This document shows positions 1-7,205 of a DNA stretch of 34,377 bases, in pieces. The translations under genes were made by a program, and so were the position numbers. A model generated the notes under the pieces. It was not told where the DNA came from and made no database searches. It saw only the letters and a list, made by a program, of their open reading frames with translations. Numbering within the stretch: position 1 is the first letter of the stretch; every line of letters starts with the position of its first letter. The stretch comes from Euryarchaeota archaeon UBA226 (GTDB lineage: Archaea > Thermoplasmatota > Poseidoniia > Poseidoniales > Poseidoniaceae): the NCBI GenBank assembly GCA_002505935.1, contig DAWL01000084.1, positions 1 to 34,377 of the forward strand. Direction: 5' to 3'.

Positions 1-54
1 GATCAGTGGCAGCATTATGGTTGGACCTGGCTTGAACAGCAGGGGCGTGCCTGA
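1..54 (+). CDS. 3-prime end of an upstream CDS cut by the window edge (tail peptide DQWQHYGWTWLEQQGRA)
   Basis: Frame 1 is open from base 1 to TGA at 52-54. The tail aligns with the last 15 residues of the subtilase gene (30680-30724): QW.HYG..WL..QG. Confidence 0.45.
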   Translation, partial: DQWQHYGWTWLEQQGRA

Positions 55-81
55 TTGTCAGATGAACTTCCGGGACTAAAG

Positions 82-504
82 ATGACCACTCTGCACGAAC
101 GCATGGTGCACATGGTCAGGCAGTTGGATATTCCAGTTCTTGAAGCCAGTTTGGTTGTTTCAAAATATACGCGCATTCTTCTGGAAGCATTACAGAACCA
201 AGCCGAAAATAATGGAGAGAGAATACCAGAGGAGTTGACAGAGCCTTTACCAATCGAGTTGGCAGAACCTGATGAACAGGCAATGAAGGACTTCGATTTA
301 GACCGACTCTTGGAGGTTGTCGATGAACAACGTATGGATATTCTTGATACCTTGATTCGTAATACCATAAACGAGGAAGAAATTACCCATGCGGATTCTT
401 TGTTTGTCATGCGCACTTGGGAAAGGGATCTGAGGCAGATGTTGTCACAGGTAAAGAGCCCGGGGCAATTGTTTTCTCCAATGCAAATTCCTGAAGACCA
501 CTAA
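82..504 (+). CDS. hypothetical acidic cytoplasmic protein
   Basis: ORF 55..504. The first in-frame ATG is at 82 (the track start at 55 is TTG directly after the upstream stop). No TM segment and no motif I recognise. Same strand and tightly spaced with its neighbours. Confidence 0.5.
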   Translation: MTTLHERMVHMVRQLDIPVLEASLVVSKYTRILLEALQNQAENNGERIPEELTEPLPIELAEPDEQAMKDFDLDRLLEVVDEQRMDILDTLIRNTINEEEITHADSLFVMRTWERDLRQMLSQVKSPGQLFSPMQIPEDH

Positions 505-549
505 ACAGTCTCCACACAGGTTGAATAGTGATTGTTTCTTGCCCGATAC

Positions 550-1338
550 ATGCAATCCCGATTGTTTGCTATGCTCACAGTCTTCTTGCTGAGCGGTTTG
601 AGCGGCTGCTTTGGAGGTAGCGGCGATGGAATTTTCGGCGATGGTGAAGAGCTGTATGGAGTGCCAGGTGGATTGACTTTGGCTTGCTTGAGATCTGATG
701 GTTTCGACAGCATGGTGGTAGAGATTGATTATTCCACAGGATACCAACCTGATTCCAGTACTGTTTCAACCTTGAAAACACGTCTGCAGCAGGTTTGTGA
801 CAAACCGGGGGGAATCGACATTGAATTGACGGAGACTAATTTTGACCACCAAGGAAGTTGGAGTGCAGATGATGTCAGAGAAATCGGTAGAGATACTAGA
901 GAAGGAGTTCCACAAGATGGCAACGTTTTGCGATGGCATTTGTTGTTCCCAAGCGGTTCATACGAGAATGATGGTGTGCTCGGAGTAGCAGTCGATGCTT
1001 CAACTGCAGCGGTGTTTCTCGATGATGTAAGGGAGGCAGAACATTGGTCAACAAGGCCCAGTGCTGAGCAGATAGAGGAGGCTGTTACTGTTCATGAAGT
1101 AGGGCACTTGTTAGGACTGGTAAATTTGGTATATCAATCCCCACGGCCCCATGAAGATCCAGACCACCCAGGTCATTCGAACAATGAAGATAGTGTCATG
1201 TATTGGGCAGTAGAGTCTGGCGATATTAGTAGTTTCATCAGCAATGATGTTCCAGATGAATTTGATGCTGATGATTTGGCAGACCTTGCAGATTTAGCAT
1301 CGGGTGAGTTAGTAGCTAGCGATCAATTGTGGCCATAA
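550..1338 (+). CDS. secreted lipoprotein, metzincin-like Zn metalloprotease
   Basis: N-terminus MQSRLFAMLTVFLLSGLSGC is a signal peptide plus lipobox (L-S-G-C). Zinc motif is HEVGHLLGLVN (HExxHxxGxx-), followed by HPGH and a Met-turn-like DSVMYW. ATG at 550 is inside ORF 532..1338. Confidence 0.65.
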   Translation: MQSRLFAMLTVFLLSGLSGCFGGSGDGIFGDGEELYGVPGGLTLACLRSDGFDSMVVEIDYSTGYQPDSSTVSTLKTRLQQVCDKPGGIDIELTETNFDHQGSWSADDVREIGRDTREGVPQDGNVLRWHLLFPSGSYENDGVLGVAVDASTAAVFLDDVREAEHWSTRPSAEQIEEAVTVHEVGHLLGLVNLVYQSPRPHEDPDHPGHSNNEDSVMYWAVESGDISSFISNDVPDEFDADDLADLADLASGELVASDQLWP

Positions 1339-1701
1339 TCAGATTCCAAGACGCTTGTTTCGAATCGTCGCAACCCTATTGCTTGAGACTTGCCAAGCAT
1401 CTACTAGGGACCAAAGATAGATTCCGAACCAAAGAATCACAGTGAAGGCAAGAGGAATCTGAAGCAGGGTCCAATCTCCAGCCTTGCGATGTTGTCGGTT
1501 GAAGTGCTGTCCGAGAAACAAGAGCGGGATTGCCGCGAGAAGAACTGCGACAAGGGGGCGAATTGAACCCCACAAGCCGACTCCGGCTGTTAGTTCTCTC
1601 CAGATGACTTTGCGTAGGCCGATTTTTTTCTTGGGCTGTACCACAAGTTGGACTACAATCTCTTCTTCGCTCATTCCAACACTACCATTGTCGTTCATCA
1701 A
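1339..1701 (-). CDS. hypothetical small membrane protein (2-3 TM)
   Basis: Hydrophobic stretches LWGSIRPLVAVLLAAIPLLFLG and IPLAFTVILWFGIYLWSLV. Its start overlaps the upstream gene's stop by 4 nt (1698-1701). Confidence 0.55.
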   Translation of the reverse strand: MMNDNGSVGMSEEEIVVQLVVQPKKKIGLRKVIWRELTAGVGLWGSIRPLVAVLLAAIPLLFLGQHFNRQHRKAGDWTLLQIPLAFTVILWFGIYLWSLVDAWQVSSNRVATIRNKRLGI

Positions 1702-2261
1702 TCGTACATATTGACTACGCCGGTTTCCTTACCGGCTAATTTTTTCCACATCAGGCCTAGCAAAAACAGCGCTATAGCAAGAACTCCCACAACATACTCG
1801 AAAGGGACTCCTGTTCGGTTTTCTAAACCATGTTCTATGGTACTGAATCTCCAAGCCACTGTTCCCGCTAGTAAACCTGCTAATAGCAGAGTGTTAGATC
1901 TTCGCCTGACTGCGGATTCTGACATATCGGCAACATCTTTTGGGGTCATCTGCATTCCCAACATCGCTCTAAGCCAAAGTGGCAATAGGCGCTTGAAATC
2001 GTTAATTGATTGAGAACAGAGCCACAAACCTATTCCGGGCCCTAGTAGCCACCAATCGACTTCTCCCCACAGCCAATTCAACGGATTGAACTCACTTTGC
2101 CAAATCGAGGATATTGCAAAGAATACCGAAACACCAGCGACCGAATATAGCATGACATCAGCAACGATTATTCCGAGGTCAGCAGCTTCTTCACCACTAT
2201 CATCTCGGAAGTGAGAGTGCGAATGAGAAAGTGACATCTGCTCTAGTTCCCAGTCATTCAT
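1698..2261 (-). CDS. hypothetical multi-pass membrane protein with His-rich N-terminus
   Basis: N-terminal SHSHSHF run, then about 4 hydrophobic helices. Overlapping stop/start with 1339..1701 suggests a two-gene operon. Confidence 0.6.
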   Translation of the reverse strand: MNDWELEQMSLSHSHSHFRDDSGEEAADLGIIVADVMLYSVAGVSVFFAISSIWQSEFNPLNWLWGEVDWWLLGPGIGLWLCSQSINDFKRLLPLWLRAMLGMQMTPKDVADMSESAVRRRSNTLLLAGLLAGTVAWRFSTIEHGLENRTGVPFEYVVGVLAIALFLLGLMWKKLAGKETGVVNMYD

Positions 2262-2333
2262 CGGTATTCTCTCGCGGTTATGGCATAATGCTCTTGTGGC
2301 TATCTTGAACCCAAGGCATGCGGTTGGGGGGCT

Positions 2334-3407
2334 ATGCGTAGGGGGCGGATTCTAGTTACGGGCTATCCTCCATTTGCAGGAGGAACGCGGAATATCAGTC
2401 AGATATTGATTGAGAGTCTCGTCAACTCAGGATTCGAACGAATCGCAATACCTACGACTCCCCGTGTAAATGATGACGGCACTCCTTCACAGAAGAAGGA
2501 AGAGATGGAAGTGGAGTGGAGCACTCAGTTGTTATCATGTGATGAAGCGGGTTCTAGATGGACTGCAGAAAGGGTAACTTCTCTCGAATGCGATGCAATA
2601 CTTCATCTTGGTCTTTGCAATACTTGTGAACAACCTAGATTGGAATCTGTTGCAAGGAATATTCTAGATATGCGTACTGAAGACAACTCTGGACGTTGCT
2701 TACAAGGAGAAAGTGTCATTTTGGATGGATTGGAACAAATTCAGAGCACTGCTCCTTTGAATCGTCTACCCATGGATGAATTGTGCATGATTTTGGAGGA
2801 TTCCAATAATGCAGGCTCATTCGTATGCAACGAAACATATTACCGAACCTTGGATGCAATAGAAAAGAATGCTGTGCAAGATTCATTTGGACGCCCCTTG
2901 CCATGTTTGTTTCTTCATCTCCCTGATGCATATGGGGAGGGGATTGAGAAACAGTTAGCATTGGTAAAACAACTGTCTGCGTGGCTACTTACTCGTCCAC
3001 GTATCACTGTAGCATGTTCTGTATTAGAGGATAAAGATGGGAGTCTAATCAGTTGTCGCAGATCTGCAGATCAAAGTTTTGCTGGAGCATGGGAGTTTCC
3101 TGGAGGAAAGGTCGAACGAGGCGAATCTCTACAAGAGGCTTTCATTAGAGAGTTGGATGAAGAATTGGAGGTTGTCATCGAGCCCTTGGCTGCGCTGGCT
3201 CAACATGTACACGTGATGCCAAACTTAGAGATTGAGTTACATGCATGGCATTGTAGGATAACGGATGGAGTCCCGAGATTGAATGTACATGATGCCATGC
3301 GGAAATTGAAGATTGATGAATTGTTGAATGTGGAATGGATCGATGCAGATTTGCCTATGATTGCTGAAATCCAGAAGGCTTTGAGCACTTCAGAAAATGC
3401 TGCGTGA
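2334..3407 (+). CDS. fusion protein: pyroglutamyl peptidase I (C15)-like N-domain plus MutT-type Nudix hydrolase C-domain
   Basis: N-domain: ILVTGYPPFAGG, LHLGL..PRLESVARN (Glu), NAGSFVCNETYY (Cys), FLHLP (His). C-domain Nudix box: GAWEFPGGKVERGESLQEAFIRELDEELEV. Confidence 0.75.
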   Translation: MRRGRILVTGYPPFAGGTRNISQILIESLVNSGFERIAIPTTPRVNDDGTPSQKKEEMEVEWSTQLLSCDEAGSRWTAERVTSLECDAILHLGLCNTCEQPRLESVARNILDMRTEDNSGRCLQGESVILDGLEQIQSTAPLNRLPMDELCMILEDSNNAGSFVCNETYYRTLDAIEKNAVQDSFGRPLPCLFLHLPDAYGEGIEKQLALVKQLSAWLLTRPRITVACSVLEDKDGSLISCRRSADQSFAGAWEFPGGKVERGESLQEAFIRELDEELEVVIEPLAALAQHVHVMPNLEIELHAWHCRITDGVPRLNVHDAMRKLKIDELLNVEWIDADLPMIAEIQKALSTSENAA

Positions 3408-3884
3408 AGTGCCGTCACCGGACATCCGATGTTCATCTCCGATGTTTCGGGGCACCATTTGTCTGCCTTGGTGCCAAGTTGCATCTTCCAACCACTTACC
3501 AAGATTCTCTCCAGATAATTTGATGCTGAAACTGCCCCCTAGTGGCTCTTCGTCGTTAACACAGAATGAGATTTTGTTTGCCATAGCCGCCTGCCGAGAC
3601 AATTTGAATATCGTACTATCCTGATGCAAAGACTGACTCATCGCATCTAAAGCGGTGTCCAGTATTCTCTCCTCTGCCATCCTCTCAAGAATTGCGTCAA
3701 GGTTTAGATTTACGAAATCCCACTGCACCTTTCCTTTTGGCATAGGAAATGAACACGGTCTATCTTCCAACCCATCCACAACTACCTCTGGAAACAATTT
3801 TTGCAGCGAGTTGAAAACCTCTACAGGGTCATCGGCTCCAGACAAGATTGTGGAGCAACTGACCTGAATTGCCTCCTCCGGCAT
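3390..3884 (-). CDS. UPF0201/DUF54 (COG1931)-like putative RNA-binding protein
   Basis: IQVSCSTILSGADDPVEVFNSLQKLFPEV and KLSRQAAMANKISF...PLGGSFSIKL resemble my recollection of the archaeal UPF0201 pattern (v.a.v.pTED.ekV..al.nlFP ; l.KQaA..gk.sf). ATG at 3884 is preferred over 3935 because it leaves room for divergent promoters. The 3-prime end overlaps 2334..3407 by 18 nt. Confidence 0.5.
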   Translation of the reverse strand: MPEEAIQVSCSTILSGADDPVEVFNSLQKLFPEVVVDGLEDRPCSFPMPKGKVQWDFVNLNLDAILERMAEERILDTALDAMSQSLHQDSTIFKLSRQAAMANKISFCVNDEEPLGGSFSIKLSGENLGKWLEDATWHQGRQMVPRNIGDEHRMSGDGTSRSIF

Positions 3885-3904
3885 GCCTTGGGCATGACTG
3901 CGAG

Positions 3905-3910
3905 ATAAAT
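3905..3910 (-). promoter_or_regulatory. candidate TATA box for the UPF0201-like gene
   Basis: Minus-strand ATTTAT lies 21-26 nt upstream of ATG 3884. Confidence 0.3.
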
Positions 3911-3966
3911 CAACAATGCTCTTGAAGGGGGGCAATATTCAGGTATTCGCCGCGTAGGGAAGCAAC

Positions 3967-4995
3967 ATGGAGGGCTCCGAGCGACCAATTGTGGTATCTG
4001 TCGTGCCAACCTATAACGAAGAGAAATGGATTGAACGTTGTCTTTCATCACTTCTTTCCCAAACCTATCCTTCAGATAGGCATAGAATTCACGTTGTCGA
4101 TGGCGGTAGCACCGATTCAACCCTCGAAGTGGTACGTCGATTGAAGGATGATAATGATGGCCCACAGATAACTATCTTCGATAATCCTCAACGTAGAGTA
4201 CCACATGCCCGAAACCTCAGTCTTGCAAACATGCAGGATGATGTAGAGTTGGTATTCGAAGTGAATGCGCACGGCTGGGTTCCAGAAGACCATCTTGAGA
4301 AAAGAGTGTCTGACATGCTTGAAATCGAGGCAGAACTAGGGTTTCACATAGCTGGAGTTGGATGCAGGGTCATGCCCTATGATGATGAAGATATGGGATT
4401 GTTTGCAAGATGGGTTGAGTCTACACTTTCTTGCCCTCTTGGCAGCGGGGGTGGCCAATTTGCTAGGTTTACTGGTAGACACCAACACAAGGTGCCCGCG
4501 TTTGTCATTCATAGAATGGAAGCGCTTCAGGATGCCCAAGGTTGGGATGAATCATTGCCGACCAATCAGGATTCTGATTTGAGCATGAGGTTGATCAAGA
4601 GGGGTTGGCAGTTGTGGCGTTCAGATGTCAGCCCATTCCATATGGTCAAGCGAAGAAGGCCCCTAGAATTTGTTCGCATGTGCAGAAGATATGGTTTTTG
4701 GAGAACTAAGACACTATTTCGACATGGAAGTCGTTTCAACATTCGGGAGTTTCTACCATTGCTTGGAGTCATTTTGACATTGGCGATGTTCTTTTCTGGT
4801 TTCCAATATTGGTTTGCCCCGCTGGCTGCTTATGGTTTGGCTCTAGTTCAAGTTGGTTTTATGGAGGCTATACGAAGTAAGGATATCTCACTGATTTTTG
4901 GTTTGCCGTTATTGCTGCCGATTCTACATACGATGTTCACTTTAGGACTGTTTGAGGGTTTGATTCGACGTAGTCTATCAATTGAAGACAGATGA
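3967..4995 (+). CDS. family 2 glycosyltransferase, ExoA-like, with C-terminal TM helices
   Basis: VVSVVPTYNEEKWIERCLSSLLSQTYP...HVVDGGSTDST...FDNPQRRVPHARN...EVNAHGWVPEDHL. The C-terminal part has about 3 hydrophobic helices. Confidence 0.8.
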   Translation: MEGSERPIVVSVVPTYNEEKWIERCLSSLLSQTYPSDRHRIHVVDGGSTDSTLEVVRRLKDDNDGPQITIFDNPQRRVPHARNLSLANMQDDVELVFEVNAHGWVPEDHLEKRVSDMLEIEAELGFHIAGVGCRVMPYDDEDMGLFARWVESTLSCPLGSGGGQFARFTGRHQHKVPAFVIHRMEALQDAQGWDESLPTNQDSDLSMRLIKRGWQLWRSDVSPFHMVKRRRPLEFVRMCRRYGFWRTKTLFRHGSRFNIREFLPLLGVILTLAMFFSGFQYWFAPLAAYGLALVQVGFMEAIRSKDISLIFGLPLLLPILHTMFTLGLFEGLIRRSLSIEDR

Positions 4996-5999
4996 CTCAA
5001 TTCTGTTCAGGTCACGACAACTTTGAACAGTATGATTGTGGGCGTATATGCATGGAACAGAGGAAGAACGAGTTGTTCGGACTGGTTATTCTACTTCTTC
5101 CGGCTTTCATAGTCTATCTTTTCTCAAGTATGATTGAACCCTTGCGACTGGCCTTTAGAGACCATGTTTGGGTACCATTTGTCGCATATGCTGCGGCATT
5201 GGTAATAGGGTGGTATCTCCGTAAGTCCTCTGGTGTTCTCAAAGATCATGAATGGCAGAGGGCCAAGGCGATGAAGGGCCTGAAGAAACACTATGACAAG
5301 GAAGAGAAGGGCATGTGGACAAAGGAGGCAGCGATGTCTACTGAACTTAGCCTTGAGGCTCAAGCAGCAATGCAGGGTAGTATTGGCAAATTGATGTCTG
5401 AACGAGTGACTGAGGAAATTCAGCGCAACCCCGAAACAGATGCCGAGGGGATCAAGATGTTGGTTGATTCAGACCATGTAGCAAAGGCTTCCAGAAGGGT
5501 TAGTGGAGATGAGAACTTCGATGATGAAGCGGTTGATTCCACTATTGGGGCCATCCGTAGACAAAGTACCATGGATCGTTTCTTTGATTGGATTGCCAAG
5601 AGGTTCAGGGACAAGGATGCAGCAGCCCAGAGGAGAGAAGCGAAGCAAACAGCATTGAGTGCTCGGGCTGCACAGGCTCCAGTACAGAACACCAATCTTG
5701 CAGAGGTTCACCAGAAGAATGAGGTGGCAAGGTTACAGGAAGCCGTGGAAGTGACTACCGTTTCAACTCCAGAGGTTTCTGCTTCTCAAGTAGTTACTAA
5801 CCCTGCCTCAGAGGTTATCCAGGTCTCTCAAGTTTCGAGTTCACAATCCATTGAAGAGATGGCATCTATGACCGAGGGCTCTCAGGTGTCTCAATCGATG
5901 TCCCAAACCTCCAGTTCCTTTGCAGTACGGCGATGCCAGTGTGGACATGCAAACCCACCGGAAGAAAGATTCTGTGTTAATTGCGGTACTGAGTTATGA
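4992..5999 (+). CDS. hypothetical membrane protein with Ser/Gln-rich region and C-terminal zinc ribbon
   Basis: ATGA overlap with the GT2 stop (alternative ATG at 5052). Two N-terminal TM helices, a charged coiled region, a low-complexity VSQVSSSQS region, and C-terminal CQCGHANPPEERFCVNCGTEL. Confidence 0.6.
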   Translation: MTQFCSGHDNFEQYDCGRICMEQRKNELFGLVILLLPAFIVYLFSSMIEPLRLAFRDHVWVPFVAYAAALVIGWYLRKSSGVLKDHEWQRAKAMKGLKKHYDKEEKGMWTKEAAMSTELSLEAQAAMQGSIGKLMSERVTEEIQRNPETDAEGIKMLVDSDHVAKASRRVSGDENFDDEAVDSTIGAIRRQSTMDRFFDWIAKRFRDKDAAAQRREAKQTALSARAAQAPVQNTNLAEVHQKNEVARLQEAVEVTTVSTPEVSASQVVTNPASEVIQVSQVSSSQSIEEMASMTEGSQVSQSMSQTSSSFAVRRCQCGHANPPEERFCVNCGTEL

Positions 6000-6053
6000 T
6001 TCCGTAGCATCGTTCGGTTCATATGATGCCGTCTGCCCGAGCGCTTTGGAGGG

Positions 6054-7205
6054 ATGACCTTGGTTGACAAGAGGGACTACTACGAAGTCTTGGGCGTTGA
6101 CCGTTCGGCCGATGACAAGGAGTTGAAGAAGGCATTCCGCTCTTTGGCCAGAAGATATCATCCAGACAAGAATGATGATCCTGACGCAGACGAGAGATTC
6201 AAGGAGATTCAAGAGGCATATGCTGTATTATCGGATTCTCAGAAGCGTTCAACATACGATCGGTTCGGGCACAACCCACCTGGAGGTTCTCCATTTGGAA
6301 CAGGTGGATTTTCAGGCTTCCGAATGAATTTTGACGATATCTTCTCAGGGGATCTCGGCGATTTGTTTGGATCTTTCTTCGGTGGTTCTAGACAAAGGCA
6401 GAGGGTGGCCCGCGGCCATGATGTGTTGCTCAGACACCATGTTTCCTTGCAGGCTATCTTTGATGGTTCGGAAGAAGAAGTAGAGATTGAATTGGCGAGG
6501 TCCTGTGAAACCTGTCAGGGAAGTGGTGCAGAAGACCCCACTTCGATTTCTACCTGCAATACTTGTGCCGGTAGGGGACAGGTAACAGTTCGTGAGCAAA
6601 TGGGGCCATTCATCAATCAAACTACTAGGCCTTGTGCTGATTGTTCAGGCAGCGGTCAAGAACGAGGAGACCTTTGTACCGATTGTGATGGCAGTGGCCA
6701 AGTCCACAAGGAGCAGCGAATACGTTTCAATGTACCAACGGGTGCACTTGACGGCACGCGCTTGCGGATGAAGGGTAAGGGCGAACCGGCACCTTTTGGT
6801 CGCGGACAATCTGGAGATCTATTCATTGAGATTCGTGTAGAAGATCATCCTTGGTTTGAGCGGGACGGTCCTGATTTGCTGATGTCCCTACCGGTAGGTT
6901 ACCCTGATTTAGTATTGGGGACTCAAGTTTCGATTCCACATATTGATGGTAAAGATTTGTCAATAAAAATCCCCGCTGGTTCCAGCTCTGGAAATACATT
7001 GGAGATTGCGGCAAGGGGTTTGCCATCCAGTAGGGGCAGGGGCCGCGGTAACGTGATTGTTCTACTCAAACTCTACGTTCCTCCAAAGTTGTCTGGAGCA
7101 AACAAGAAGGAACTTGCAAAACTACAGGAATCTTTGGGCCTAAATGATGTAGGAACATTGCAAGCCATCAAGGATGAAGCGAATCAAAGAAGGCGCAATT
7201 TGTAA
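6054..7205 (+). CDS. dnaJ: type I DnaJ/Hsp40 co-chaperone
   Basis: J domain DYYEVLGV...YHPDKN, a G/F-rich linker, four CxxCxGxG repeats ([32 protein letters not shown]), and GGAGGG directly upstream of the ATG. Confidence 0.95.
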   Translation: MTLVDKRDYYEVLGVDRSADDKELKKAFRSLARRYHPDKNDDPDADERFKEIQEAYAVLSDSQKRSTYDRFGHNPPGGSPFGTGGFSGFRMNFDDIFSGDLGDLFGSFFGGSRQRQRVARGHDVLLRHHVSLQAIFDGSEEEVEIELARSCETCQGSGAEDPTSISTCNTCAGRGQVTVREQMGPFINQTTRPCADCSGSGQERGDLCTDCDGSGQVHKEQRIRFNVPTGALDGTRLRMKGKGEPAPFGRGQSGDLFIEIRVEDHPWFERDGPDLLMSLPVGYPDLVLGTQVSIPHIDGKDLSIKIPAGSSSGNTLEIAARGLPSSRGRGRGNVIVLLKLYVPPKLSGANKKELAKLQESLGLNDVGTLQAIKDEANQRRRNL

